Origin: Candidatus Poribacteria bacterium
GTDB lineage: Bacteria > Poribacteria > WGA-4E > WGA-3G
Length of the DNA: 64,000 bases
Direction: 5' to 3'
NCBI GenBank assembly: GCA_963663765.2
Contig: CAXXUA010000005.1
Span: 192,001 to 256,000 of the forward strand
This document shows, piece by piece, positions 40,401 to 50,848 of the stretch (position 1 is the first letter of the stretch; each line of letters begins with the position of its first letter). A program made the translations under genes and the position numbers. Under the pieces are notes generated by a model. It searched no databases. It was given only the letters and a program-made list of their open reading frames with translations, and had not been told where the DNA came from.

Positions 40401-41363
40401 ATGCCACAAAAAACTGGATTTGTTTATCACCCAGATTACTTGAAGCACGACACTGGTCCGGAACATCCTGAGCGACCAGACCGTTTGAGGGCAAGCCTTG
40501 CTGCTCTCAAACAAAGTGATGTTTGGAATCAATTGCTACACATTGACCCTTCCCCCGCAAGTGTTGAACAGATTGCTTATGCACACAATCAAGGATATAG
40601 CGAACACATACGCCAATTTTGCGAAGCAGAAGTTCCCTTGACTCATGACACCCCAGTTTGTCATGAGTCCTATGATATTGCATTACTTTCAACAGGTGGC
40701 GTGTTGTGTGCTGCGGATGCGATTGTGACAAAGAAGGTGCCAAATGCTTTTGCGATGGTGCGTCCACCCGGACATCATGCAACTCCTGGACATAGTATGG
40801 GGTTCTGTCTGTTCAATAACATTGCGATTGCTGCCCGTTATCTGCAAAGAGAACATGGTGTTGGAAAGGTCGTAATTATTGATTGGGATGTACATCACGG
40901 TAACGGTACGCAAGACATTTTTTACGAAGACGAATCGGTTTTCTTCATCTCTATTCATCAATCACCTCTTTATCCTGGTACTGGTTCTCAACATGAAAAA
41001 GGTGAAGGCAAAGCACGTGGAACTACTTTGAATATCCCACTGCCGCCAGGGTGTGGTGATGAGGACTATACCTCAATTTTTAGCGAAGTGCTTATGCCTG
41101 CGATACAAGATTTCTCTCCTGAGTTTGTGCTAATTTCTGCTGGTTTTGATGCGCACTACCTTGACCCGCTTGCGAATATCAATCTCACTGCAGAGGGGTT
41201 TGCGACTCTCACCGATTTGGTGCTTGATGTAGCGGATGAGATTGCTTCTGGCAATGTTGTATCTGCTTTAGAGGGTGGTTATAGTTTGGAGGGAATCTCT
41301 GAATCTGTTGTGGCGCATGTGGAACGTTTGGTCGAAAGAAGTGATCAGAGAAAATCACAATAA
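40401..41363 (+). CDS. Histone deacetylase family protein
   Basis: HPERPDR, RPPGHHA, GFCLFNN, DWDVHHGNGTQ, SAGFDAH and LEGGY motifs. Confidence 0.96.
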   Translation: MPQKTGFVYHPDYLKHDTGPEHPERPDRLRASLAALKQSDVWNQLLHIDPSPASVEQIAYAHNQGYSEHIRQFCEAEVPLTHDTPVCHESYDIALLSTGGVLCAADAIVTKKVPNAFAMVRPPGHHATPGHSMGFCLFNNIAIAARYLQREHGVGKVVIIDWDVHHGNGTQDIFYEDESVFFISIHQSPLYPGTGSQHEKGEGKARGTTLNIPLPPGCGDEDYTSIFSEVLMPAIQDFSPEFVLISAGFDAHYLDPLANINLTAEGFATLTDLVLDVADEIASGNVVSALEGGYSLEGISESVVAHVERLVERSDQRKSQ

Positions 41364-41404
41364 ACCGACATCGTTGTTATAATTGCTTCAGGTCAGAGAA
41401 GTTC

Positions 41405-42106
41405 TTACACCTTTACCCCTACATGAATAGCAACAATTCCCAGCGTCTTCCGAAAATATTGCACATCCATCAATCCACACTCTTCCATCGCCTGTTTTAA
41501 GGCATCGCAGTCGGGAAACTGCATGACAGAACGTGGAAGATACCCATAAGCATCGTCCTTGCTGCGCGATATGCAATTCCCAATGAATGGTAGCATTTTC
41601 GTAAAATAGAAATAGTAAATGCTACGAAACACCGGATTGATAGGTTGGGTAAACTCTAATATTGCGATTCTTCCACCCGGAACAGCGACGCGTGTCATTT
41701 CTTTTATACCCAATTTCAAATCGGAGACATTTCGTATTCCAAATCCCACTGAGATGATGTCAAAAGTGTTATCTTGAAAAGGCAGTGTAAGTGTGTCGGC
41801 TTCAATCGGTATGAATGCGTGCTGACGATTTTGCTGTCCCACCTTATCCTTTCCAACAACTAACATCTCATAACAGAAGTCTGAACCGATGACAGAATTA
41901 CTGGGTGCAATTTTCTCGGCATAAGCAAGTGCAAGTTCCCCTGTTCCTGTGCAGACATCAAGCACCTTGCTTGTTGGTTTAACACTGCTTACTTTGACAG
42001 TTTCTCGTCTCCACTTTCGGTCAAACCTTAGGCTTAGCAGTGAGTTTAGGAAATCGTAGTGTCGAGCGATTGCAGAGAATAGGTTTTTTATACGGTATGC
42101 CTGCAT
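41405..42106 (-). CDS. ubiE: Demethylmenaquinone methyltransferase UbiE/MenG
   Basis: IARHYDFLN, LDVCTGTG, GFGIRNV and AYGYLPRS motifs. Confidence 0.93.
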   Translation of the reverse strand: MQAYRIKNLFSAIARHYDFLNSLLSLRFDRKWRRETVKVSSVKPTSKVLDVCTGTGELALAYAEKIAPSNSVIGSDFCYEMLVVGKDKVGQQNRQHAFIPIEADTLTLPFQDNTFDIISVGFGIRNVSDLKLGIKEMTRVAVPGGRIAILEFTQPINPVFRSIYYFYFTKMLPFIGNCISRSKDDAYGYLPRSVMQFPDCDALKQAMEECGLMDVQYFRKTLGIVAIHVGVKV

Positions 42107-42173
42107 AATGGTCTTTGCCGAGTCATCTCAAGATATATCTTATCATACGGGAAATCCTTGTTCAGACAATTAT

Positions 42174-44570
42174 CTACATTCTCAGCTCTGCATTGAGTTC
42201 TTGATACAGTTTTTTAATCACCTTATCGTGTAGTTCATTCACTGCTTTATCAGTCAAGGTCTCGGTTGCAGAGTGATACATGATTGTGTATGCAAGACTT
42301 TTTTTATTCTCTTGCACCTGATCACCAACGTATAGGTCAAAGAGTTTGACGGATTCAACCAGATTCCCACCAGTAGAATAGATTATATCTATTGGCAGAT
42401 CAGACTGCATCTCTTTATCAACGACAATTGCAAGGTCACGTTGTATACTTGGATAGATAGGAATTGGCTTGAATCGTTTGGAAAAATCAGCAGCATCTGA
42501 AATTGTATCAAGGTCAAGTTCAAAGAGATATGCCTTGTATGGTAATTCGTAGTTTGCAAGTACATCGGGATGTGCTTCTCCAAGTATTCCGATGCGTTTG
42601 TTTTTTAACAAGAGTTCTGCGTTGCGACCTGGATGGAATGTTGGTTCTTCAGTCAGTTTGAATGCATAATCAGTAATGCCGCATACCTCAAGGACACCTT
42701 CAACTATTCCTTTGATGTCAAAGAAATCTGGATTTTTATTGGGATTACCGTAGATGCCATCGCCGATTTCACCTGCCAGTATTCCTGAAACGCGTGCGGG
42801 TTCTTTACCTTGAACGAATACAGTAGACATCTCAAATAGCGCGATGTTATTTATCTGATGGTTATGGTTATGTTGCGCGTTATTTAGCAGACTGGGTATC
42901 AGAGTTGATCTCAGAATGGACATCTCTGGACTCAATGGATTTTGGAGTTTTAATGTGTCGCGCAGTGGATTGTCTTCTGGTAACCGTATCTTTTCAAAGC
43001 AGTTTGGGTGAACAAAACTGTAGTTTATTGCTTCCATCATACCAGAACTGAGTAAAAAGTTTTTGATACGTTTACAGACTTCAGCAATTTTGTTTGGTAT
43101 GGGAATAGGTATGTCTCCTTTAGGTAACGTTGTGGGAATGTTGTCATAGCCGTAGACGCGTGCCACCTCCTCAATTAGATCAATTTCCCGAGTAATATCA
43201 ACGCGGAATGAAGGGACGGTGACCAGAAACGCATTTTCTTTTGGTTTAGGTTCAATCAGTTCAAAACCTAATCGTAATAATATTTGTGCGATTTCATTTT
43301 TCTTTAGTGTAGTTCCGAGTATGAAGTTCACTCTTTCTGGTCTAAGAGTTATCTGAATAGGTTCACGTTTACCTGGGTAGACATCAACAATGCCTTTGCA
43401 GATAGTACCGTCAGCAATTTCAGCAATGAGTTGTGCTGCGCGGTTAAGAGCGGGAATAACATTTTCTGGGTCTGCGCCGCGTTCAAATCTGTATGAGGCA
43501 TCTGTGTTTAAACCCATAGTCTTTGCAGTTGCCCGAATGCTTGATGGTAGGAAATATGCACTTTCCAGTAGCACGTCGCGAGTTGTATCGGTGATTTCAG
43601 TATCAAGTCCTCCCATTACACCTGCGACAGCAACAGGTTTTTCAGCATCAGCAATTACTAACATATCGGGTGTAAGTTTGCGTTCATATTCATCAAGGGT
43701 CGTAATTCTTTCCCCTTCTGCGGCACGGCGTACGACGATTCTGTTTTCATTGAGTTTGTGATAATCAAATGCGTGTAGGGGTTGTCCATATTCCATTAAG
43801 ACGTAGTTTGTTATATCAACGATATTGTTGATAACTGCGATTCCTACAGTTTCCAGTTGATGTTTTAGCCAGTCAGGGGATTCACCGATTTTAACGTCTT
43901 TTATGATACGCGCTGCATATCGAGGACACAGTTGAGGATCATCTATTGTTACCACTGTGATTTCCTGTGTTTCCATCTCACTTTCATTGAGTTTTATCTG
44001 TGGAAGTCTTAACTCGTTTCCAGTTTCTGCTCGTATTTCACGTGCTACACCAATCAAGCTGAGACAATCCGGACGGTTAGGTGTAATCTCCAGTTCTAAA
44101 ACTGTATCGTCCAAACCTAATGCTTCAGCCAGTGGTGTGCCTATAGTGAGATCGTTAGACAATTCCATGAGTCCAGCAGCATCGGGAGAGATACCCAACT
44201 CCTTCTCTGAGCAAAGCATTCCAAAAGATTCTTCACCGCGAATTTTTGTCTTTTTTATGAATACACCTGAATGCAATTCAGTGCCTATTGTTGCGACAGG
44301 TGCGACCATTCCTTCGCGTACATTTGGTGCGCCACAGACAATCTGGAGTGTATCATCCTTGTCTATATCTACCTGACACAAAACAAGTTTATCGGCATTA
44401 GGATGTGGATTGATGGATGTTACTTTTCCGACGACAACACCCTCCAATACTACTCCGAGTTGTTTGATAGTTTCAACTTCAACTCCTAACATCGTAAGTT
44501 TTTCAGCGAATTGTTCTGCAGAAAAATCAAAATCTATATATTTTTTTAGCCAATTTATGGTTACGTTCAT
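42174..44570 (-). CDS. pheT: Phenylalanine--tRNA ligase beta subunit
   Basis: HPNADKL, TPNRPDCLS, RFERG and DLIEEVAR motifs. Confidence 0.98.
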   Translation of the reverse strand: MNVTINWLKKYIDFDFSAEQFAEKLTMLGVEVETIKQLGVVLEGVVVGKVTSINPHPNADKLVLCQVDIDKDDTLQIVCGAPNVREGMVAPVATIGTELHSGVFIKKTKIRGEESFGMLCSEKELGISPDAAGLMELSNDLTIGTPLAEALGLDDTVLELEITPNRPDCLSLIGVAREIRAETGNELRLPQIKLNESEMETQEITVVTIDDPQLCPRYAARIIKDVKIGESPDWLKHQLETVGIAVINNIVDITNYVLMEYGQPLHAFDYHKLNENRIVVRRAAEGERITTLDEYERKLTPDMLVIADAEKPVAVAGVMGGLDTEITDTTRDVLLESAYFLPSSIRATAKTMGLNTDASYRFERGADPENVIPALNRAAQLIAEIADGTICKGIVDVYPGKREPIQITLRPERVNFILGTTLKKNEIAQILLRLGFELIEPKPKENAFLVTVPSFRVDITREIDLIEEVARVYGYDNIPTTLPKGDIPIPIPNKIAEVCKRIKNFLLSSGMMEAINYSFVHPNCFEKIRLPEDNPLRDTLKLQNPLSPEMSILRSTLIPSLLNNAQHNHNHQINNIALFEMSTVFVQGKEPARVSGILAGEIGDGIYGNPNKNPDFFDIKGIVEGVLEVCGITDYAFKLTEEPTFHPGRNAELLLKNKRIGILGEAHPDVLANYELPYKAYLFELDLDTISDAADFSKRFKPIPIYPSIQRDLAIVVDKEMQSDLPIDIIYSTGGNLVESVKLFDLYVGDQVQENKKSLAYTIMYHSATETLTDKAVNELHDKVIKKLYQELNAELRM

Positions 44571-44699
44571 AGTAGGTCCTTCGTTCTGTCACTACCAAAA
44601 GTTATAAGATGTATTTAGTGTGATTTCTGAGAATCATAGAATGAACTGGATACTTGTCAGCGCGCTTACAAGGCACACCTACAGTTGCTGTGTCTTTTT

Positions 44700-45716
44700 T
44701 TAGAATTGTTGGAGGAATCGTAGATCGTTTTCATAGAATGTGCGAATATCGGGGATTCGGAACTGTAGATTTGCGATTCGTTCAACTCCCATACCAAATG
44801 CGAAACCAGTAACCTCCTCTGGGTCATAGTTGACAGCACGGAACACTTCTGGATGGACAGCACCGGCTCCCAAGATTTCGATCCAACCCGTATGTCCGCA
44901 ACTCCTGCAACCTTTGCCGCGGCATACAGTGCATGAAATGTCTGCTTCTGCGCTGGGTTCTGTGAAGGGGAAGAAATGAGGTCTGAAACGCATCTGTGTT
45001 TGGTCGCCGAACATTTGGCGCGCAAATGAGACCAAAACTCCTTTCAATTCACTGAAAGTAACGTGCCTATCTACCAGTAATCCTTCAACTTGATGAAACA
45101 TTGGCGTGTGTGAGACATCGTAATCTACGCGGTAAGCTTTACCGGGAACAATAATACGGACAGGTGGTTGTTGATTTTCCATTGCCCGTATCTGTACAGG
45201 GGAAGTGTGTGTCCGCAGTAGGTGTCCATCTGTTAGATAGAAGGTGTCGTGTAGATCACGTGCTGGGTGGTCTGGTGGTGTATTGAGTGCATCAAAATTA
45301 TAGTGCTCAGTCTCTACCTCAGGTCCCGTCACGACTTGAAACCCCATTTGCATGAAAATCTCTTCAATACGTTGTAATACTTGCATGACAGGATGTGCTT
45401 TTCCTTGTGCGGGTTTTCGTCCGGGTAGTGTGATGTCAATAGATTCTGCTTTGAGTTGTTGTTCCTGTTGTTTGCTATCCAAATTGGCTTTTGTTGCATC
45501 AAATGCATCTGATAGTGAAGAACGGATCTCATTTGCGAGTTTTCCGATGATGGGACGTTCCTCTTTTGAGAGTTTTCCCATGCCCTTCATGACATCTGTT
45601 AGTTTTCCCTTGCGTCCGAAGTATTCAATTCTAAGCGATTCAAGCTGATCTTTTGTATTTATCTGCTTTAATGCATTTATGACTTCTGCTTGAATCGCTT
45701 CCAATTCCTCTTTCAT
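44700..45716 (-). CDS. pheS: Phenylalanine--tRNA ligase alpha subunit
   Basis: HPARDLHDTF, LRTHTSPVQ, FPFTEPS and GFAFGMGVER motifs. Confidence 0.98.
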   Translation of the reverse strand: MKEELEAIQAEVINALKQINTKDQLESLRIEYFGRKGKLTDVMKGMGKLSKEERPIIGKLANEIRSSLSDAFDATKANLDSKQQEQQLKAESIDITLPGRKPAQGKAHPVMQVLQRIEEIFMQMGFQVVTGPEVETEHYNFDALNTPPDHPARDLHDTFYLTDGHLLRTHTSPVQIRAMENQQPPVRIIVPGKAYRVDYDVSHTPMFHQVEGLLVDRHVTFSELKGVLVSFARQMFGDQTQMRFRPHFFPFTEPSAEADISCTVCRGKGCRSCGHTGWIEILGAGAVHPEVFRAVNYDPEEVTGFAFGMGVERIANLQFRIPDIRTFYENDLRFLQQF

Positions 45717-45724
45717 AATTCCCT

Positions 45725-45985
45725 TATAAATAGATAACGCCCGTCACGCTGCCCCGTTGTCTCATCATCTTGCATGAGACACATCTGGGGACGAAAGCGA
45801 CAAGCATCTACTTCCGCGGTACCACCCCGCTTGACAGATTGTCATAATCTGTCCGCTTCATTATGTATTTATTAGCTCCAAGATGAAATTCAATTGTTGT
45901 TCTCAAAACCGTGCTTCCAGCCAATGGCACGGTATCTCTTTTTGAGAAGTCTCAACAACTTACTTTGTCTCTTCACAGTCTATAG
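45725..45985 (-). ncRNA. T-box riboswitch (Phe specifier) upstream of pheS
   Basis: Minus strand: stem I start ACTGTGAAGAGACAAAGTA, AG box AGAGA, GCTG box, specifier GAATTTCA (TTC at 45887-45885), T-box AAGCGGGGTGGTACCGCGG (45832-45814), antiterminator arm TTCGTCCCC. Confidence 0.9.
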
Positions 45986-46118
45986 TAGCATTTATATCAA
46001 GTTTTCTTGTTTTCGCAGTTTTTCCAATATTCCGATACAGTCACGACCGGGAGGTCACTCCTACCATAAGAACCTATGTTAGAATGTGTGATTAATCTAC
46101 ATTTAAATGCTATTAAAT

Positions 46119-46466
46119 TTATCCTTTTGCGAGGATGGCAAGTTGTCCAAAACCATCTGCATCGTTGACAGCGATGTCAGCGAGTACTTTTCTGTCTAAT
46201 TCAACGCCTGCGTTTTTGAGTCCGTGTATAAAGCGACTATATGAGAGTCCATGTAGTCTTGCTGCGGCGTTTATTCGTATGATCCAAAGTCTTCTAAAAT
46301 CGCGTTTTCGTGTGCGTCTATGTGCGTATGCGTGGTTCCATCCTTTTTGTACTGCTTCCATAGCGGTACGTTTAAGGTTGTTTCTTCCACCGCGATACCC
46401 TTTGGAATGTTTTAGTATGCGTTTCCGGCGTTGTCGCCGGACATTCCCTGTTTTGACTCTTGACAT
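46119..46466 (-). CDS. rplT: 50S ribosomal protein L20
   Basis: MSRVK...[14 protein letters not shown] motif. Confidence 0.98.
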   Translation of the reverse strand: MSRVKTGNVRRQRRKRILKHSKGYRGGRNNLKRTAMEAVQKGWNHAYAHRRTRKRDFRRLWIIRINAAARLHGLSYSRFIHGLKNAGVELDRKVLADIAVNDADGFGQLAILAKG

Positions 46467-46475
46467 TTAAAACTC

Positions 46476-46667
46476 CTAATAAATCAGTCTTTTCAAACGT
46501 TTTTCGTTACTGGGGTGAACCAGTGCGGGTTGTCTTAATCTGCGTTTACGTTTTGCGGATTTTGAGATGAACAAGTGTCCAGCGTACGCGCGATTGCGAC
46601 GTATTTTTCCTTTTGCGGTAAATTTAAAGCGTTTGGCTGCGCCTTTATGTGTCTTCATTTTCGGCAT
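46476..46667 (-). CDS. rpmI: 50S ribosomal protein L35
   Basis: MPKMKTHKGAAKRF motif. Confidence 0.98.
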   Translation of the reverse strand: MPKMKTHKGAAKRFKFTAKGKIRRNRAYAGHLFISKSAKRKRRLRQPALVHPSNEKRLKRLIY

Positions 46668-46763
46668 TACAATTTCCCTTTGCTGACGGTGTGATGCAAG
46701 TTAATTCTGTTTACTATAGACAATGTTGCAGTCTATGTATAAAACTACATAATAGACTCTTTT

Positions 46764-47309
46764 CTACGAAGATTTCGGGGTTAAGAGCATAGACATCACG
46801 CGCGTTTCCATCTTTGGAGGTTGCTCTACCTCAGCAAGTTCAGCAACATCTTTTACCAAACGTGCCAGCATATTCTTCCCTAATTGTGTGTGAAGGAGTT
46901 CTCTGCCGCGAAAGCGTACAGTGGCTCTGACCTTCCACCCATTCTTCAAAAAATCTTCTACGTGACGTTTTTTGAATTGATAATCATGTTCAGCAGTATC
47001 GGGTCGGAACTGCATCTCTTTTAGAACAATTTTTGTCTGCTTTTTTCGTGCTTCCCTTGCACGTTTATTCTTTTCGTATTGATATTTGCCGTAGTCCATA
47101 ATTTTACAAACTGGTGGCTTTGCATTCGGCGAGACTTCAACGAGGTCTAAACCGACTTCTTCGGCAAGGTCCATTGCTTCGCGTGGTGTCATGACGCCGA
47201 CCTGTTTGTTTTCGTGGTCAATCAACAAAATCTCTTTAGCACGAATTTGGTAATTTGAACGTGACTGTCTTTCCTTCGTTTTCTGATTTCGTCTGCCTCT
47301 ATAGTGTAT
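46764..47309 (-). CDS. infC: Translation initiation factor IF-3 (probable ATA start)
   Basis: LDLVEVSPNAKPPVCKIMDYGKY motif; SD-like GGGGGTG just upstream of an in-frame ATA at 47309. Confidence 0.95.
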   Translation of the reverse strand: MHYRGRRNQKTKERQSRSNYQIRAKEILLIDHENKQVGVMTPREAMDLAEEVGLDLVEVSPNAKPPVCKIMDYGKYQYEKNKRAREARKKQTKIVLKEMQFRPDTAEHDYQFKKRHVEDFLKNGWKVRATVRFRGRELLHTQLGKNMLARLVKDVAELAEVEQPPKMETRVMSMLLTPKSS

Positions 47310-47558
47310 TTTCCACACCCCCATGTAATCGTTGGTTTTGAATGCTTAATAGTGCAGAATTAGGTTATCTACAAACTTATGACTAAATGAACCCAAATTT
47401 TCCTACACTTGTCTTAATCTTAAATTTACAATATTCTTGCTCTGTATAACAAAAAACTAATCCTAACAATATGTGAATTACTTCAATTTCTATGTTTCGG
47501 AAATAGTTTGTCTACAATTAATTATGATATTATATCACAATTATATCACAAATGCAAA

Positions 47559-47915
47559 CTAAAAATATCCGATAGTCCAAAGTGTTCGTAAAATTATAAT
47601 ACCCGTTTCCAAACCACCAATGATAACGATTAGCATTATGTTGGTAATTAATGCAAGTCGAAAGATGTCTTTCGTATTTTCTGGTTGTTCTTTTGACCAT
47701 GCTCGTGCTAAGTTGAACGTCAATACAACACTGATTAGACAGAGAACAACTGCTCCCAAAAACGATAGTAGGATACCTTGAAAATCTACCATCTCCATTG
47801 TATCTGGGATTGAACCGTATTGTGAATACTTTATTATTACCCCAATTATGATACAGATAAGGATCATAATAAAACTGAGATATACGAACAATGAAATTTT
47901 ATAATGTTTTCCCAT
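47559..47915 (-). CDS. Hypothetical membrane protein (three TM helices)
   Basis: 118-aa ORF with three hydrophobic segments. Confidence 0.6.
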   Translation of the reverse strand: MGKHYKISLFVYLSFIMILICIIIGVIIKYSQYGSIPDTMEMVDFQGILLSFLGAVVLCLISVVLTFNLARAWSKEQPENTKDIFRLALITNIMLIVIIGGLETGIIILRTLWTIGYF

Positions 47916-48027
47916 TTTTTACAAACTTCTCTGGTTTGTCGGTTCTTCTTTTAGTTTATTGTAACATATTTATGGATATAATGGCAAAGTATTTACACAC
48001 ACCATATCGATTTATCGATTTTACCAT

Positions 48028-48057
48028 TTGCTTATAATGTGAGAAATGTGCTATAAT
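48028..48057 (+). promoter_or_regulatory. sigma70-type promoter of the thiamine operon
   Basis: TTGCTT-18 bp-TATAAT with TG extension, directly before the riboswitch. Confidence 0.65.
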
Positions 48058-48067
48058 AGAATTGTAA

Positions 48068-48155
48068 TAATTTTAAGGGGTGCTCTTAACACAAAAAAGA
48101 GCTGAGAAAACACCCATTGAACCTGATCTGGATTATGCCAGCGTAGGGAAATAAA
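48068..48155 (+). ncRNA. TPP riboswitch
   Basis: AGGGGTGC...GCTGAGA...ACCC..TGAACCTGATCTGGATTATGCCAGCGTAGGGAA consensus, upstream of thiamine genes. Confidence 0.97.
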
Positions 48156-48252
48156 AGAAGAACAGCAATAAACCGCTGCTACTATCTGCGACTGATCAAT
48201 TGTGGAGAACACACGTATTCACTGCGATTGTATATCTCTAAAAAGAGACTCT

Positions 48253-48308
48253 GAGCCGCTTCCTTTTTTGGCATTTTTCCTTTACCGAAAATGGAAGACG
48301 GCTTTTTT
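48253..48308 (+). terminator. Riboswitch expression-platform terminator
   Basis: GAGCCGCTTCC...GGAAGACGGC followed by T6. Confidence 0.75.
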
Positions 48309-48316
48309 GTTAGGAA

Positions 48317-49090
48317 TTGAAATGGATGTTTAGCAAATATGTATTGCCAGTGGTAATCCTATTAGCAGTATTGGGAATATGGGAAGCAGTAGTATACTTC
48401 TTAGATATAAAACGTTTCATATTACCTGCCCCTACCGAGATCTTAGTGGCAGTGTTTGAAGAACGCGAATCATTATTGAGACATTCTTGGGTAACATTAC
48501 AAGAAATGCTATTGGGGTTCGTTTTGGCAATCACCGTTGGAATTCCGTTAGCAGTGTTAATGTTTGAGTTTCCAGTATTGGAGAGAGCTTTTTATCCTTA
48601 TGTCATTGGTTCACAAACTGTGCCTGTGTTTGCAATTGCCCCTTTGTTAGTAATTTGGTTTGGGTTCGGGATTGCGTCAAAAGTTGTTATGGCGGCAATT
48701 ATCGTGTTTTTTGCTATCGTGCTAAATACAATGGATGGCTTAAGGTCAACTGATCCTGACATAGTGAACCTTTTTCGTATACATCGTGCAACGCGATTGC
48801 AGATTCTATGGAAAGTTCGTATTCCATCTGCATTACCATTTATCTTTTCAGGTGCGAAGATTGGGATCTCCATCTCTACGATAGGTGCGGTAATTGGGGA
48901 ATGGGTTGGAGCAGGTGCTGGACTTGGGTATCTGATGCTGTATGCAAAAGCACAATATCGGTATAACCTTGTGTTTGCTGCTATATTTTCTTTGACGCTG
49001 ATGGGGTTAGGTTTGTTTGTAATAATGTCGTTGCTGGAAAGGTATGCCATGCCGTGGCGACAACATCAGAGATATATACCAGATACCTAA
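48317..49090 (+). CDS. ABC transporter permease, NitT/TauT family (ThiX-like)
   Basis: ILPAP, QTVPVFAIAPLLVIWFGFG and GAVIGEW motifs; under TPP control. Confidence 0.88.
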   Translation: MKWMFSKYVLPVVILLAVLGIWEAVVYFLDIKRFILPAPTEILVAVFEERESLLRHSWVTLQEMLLGFVLAITVGIPLAVLMFEFPVLERAFYPYVIGSQTVPVFAIAPLLVIWFGFGIASKVVMAAIIVFFAIVLNTMDGLRSTDPDIVNLFRIHRATRLQILWKVRIPSALPFIFSGAKIGISISTIGAVIGEWVGAGAGLGYLMLYAKAQYRYNLVFAAIFSLTLMGLGLFVIMSLLERYAMPWRQHQRYIPDT

Positions 49091-49264
49091 TAAGGTTTTC
49101 ACAGTTTTTTGGTGAAAATATTAGAAGAATAAATTTGATATAATGGAAAGTTTGGAAATTTCTTGTAAACCATGAAATGGGATAATTATGGTACAGTTTC
49201 AGAATGCAGTCACACAACATGTCAGAAACTGAATCTACATTCCCGATAGTAGGAGGACTTTTTG

Positions 49265-50848
49265 ATGAAAACGAGTTTTTGTTCTATTCTTTACTTTACA
49301 CTGTTTTTGATTTCAATTTTCTGTCTATCTCCTTGCAATGCTCAAGAGTATATTACCGGTCCTTGGCTTTGGATGATCGCCCCAACCGCAACAGATCAGG
49401 GTGGTGCAAAATCCACTGATGTGGATTCTCTTGCAGTTGCCAGCGACGGTGACATCACAGAGATAGATATTGCAAATAACGGAGCAATAGCTGGGGACTT
49501 CGTTGGCAAATATGCGTGGACACTCAGTGAACTTCGCTTCAATGGGTTTGAAAATACCTATGCTTTCTCAGGTGAGGTTGATAATCTTACAGATATCTTT
49601 GAGAAATTGGATTGGGCAGATGGTGAAGTATTAGATCATTCAGCCTATGGTTTGATTACGCTTGAATCTGCGAGTGCTCAGAAAGATGTGACGATGAGGG
49701 TTGGTAGTGATGACTCTGTAAAAGTGTGGCTCAACGGTATAGTGGTACATAATAACCCAATTGACCGAGGTTCAGGGGGTTATAATGATACGTTTCAAGT
49801 TAACCTAAAAAAGGGTGATAACTTGATGCTGGTAAAGGTAAGTCAAGCTTTGGGAAATTGGAGTATGTTCGTTGGCGTGGATGCCGATGTAAAATCAAGT
49901 TATAAAGTTCCTCAATCTGAAAGAGAAAAGGTAACTTTGCTTTTGGATTGGTTGCCAAATATAGATCACGTCCCGCTTTATGTTGCTCAACAAAAAAGGA
50001 TCTTTGCTGCCCATGGTTTAGATGTAGATTTACGGTGGGGTGGGGATCCGGATGCTCCGATAACACTTGTAGCAGCAGGAAAAGCACCCTTTGCAGTGAG
50101 TTATCAACAAAGTGTTACGATTGCTCGCGCAAGCGAAGTGGCGTTGCCAGTTAAATCTATAGGATTACTTGTAGAACATCCGTTAAACACGATAAGTTTT
50201 TTGAAGAAGACAGGGATTAAGACCCCTGCCGATTTCAAAGGAAAGAAAATCGGATATACAGTAGCACCTTTGGATGTACTCCTGTTCAATGCAATTGCGG
50301 AAAACGCGGGGTTAAAGAAAGATGATTATGAACTGATTAGCGTTGGTACAAATATATTAGCACCGCTGATAAGTGGTCAGATTCATGCTGTGATCGGTCC
50401 GTTTCGTAACTATGAGATCAACATGTTGAAACTTGAAGGCGCTGAAGCAGACTTTTTCGCACTTGAGGAACACGGTATACCAGATTATTACGAATTAGTG
50501 ATAATCACGAATGATACATATTTGAAAGAAAAACCTGAAAACGCTAAAAAACTCATGATGGCGATTCGGGATGCGATTGAATTTACTAAGAATAATCCTG
50601 AAGCTGCATTGCAAATGTTTTTTAAGGCAAATCCTGATGCCCGTAAAGAATTAGAAAAACTGGCATTTAAGGATACTCTGGATTTATTTGCTACAACACA
50701 GATCCAATCTAAAGAGAAGTGGGACGCATTCACGAAATTTGCACTTGATAAAGGACTGATTCCAAAATCGGTTAAGGCAGAAGATCTATTCGTCAACTTA
50801 ATTGAGGAGGAAGAAGAAGCGAAATCTAAAAGAGAAAATGACAGATAA
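49265..50848 (+). CDS. ThiY/NMT1-like substrate-binding protein fused to an N-terminal beta-sandwich domain
   Basis: C-terminal half LLLDWLPNIDHVPLYVAQ...PDYYELV (NMT1/THI5 family); N-terminal ITGPWLWMIAP...GSDDSVKVWLNG domain after a signal peptide. Confidence 0.85.
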   Translation: MKTSFCSILYFTLFLISIFCLSPCNAQEYITGPWLWMIAPTATDQGGAKSTDVDSLAVASDGDITEIDIANNGAIAGDFVGKYAWTLSELRFNGFENTYAFSGEVDNLTDIFEKLDWADGEVLDHSAYGLITLESASAQKDVTMRVGSDDSVKVWLNGIVVHNNPIDRGSGGYNDTFQVNLKKGDNLMLVKVSQALGNWSMFVGVDADVKSSYKVPQSEREKVTLLLDWLPNIDHVPLYVAQQKRIFAAHGLDVDLRWGGDPDAPITLVAAGKAPFAVSYQQSVTIARASEVALPVKSIGLLVEHPLNTISFLKKTGIKTPADFKGKKIGYTVAPLDVLLFNAIAENAGLKKDDYELISVGTNILAPLISGQIHAVIGPFRNYEINMLKLEGAEADFFALEEHGIPDYYELVIITNDTYLKEKPENAKKLMMAIRDAIEFTKNNPEAALQMFFKANPDARKELEKLAFKDTLDLFATTQIQSKEKWDAFTKFALDKGLIPKSVKAEDLFVNLIEEEEEAKSKRENDR

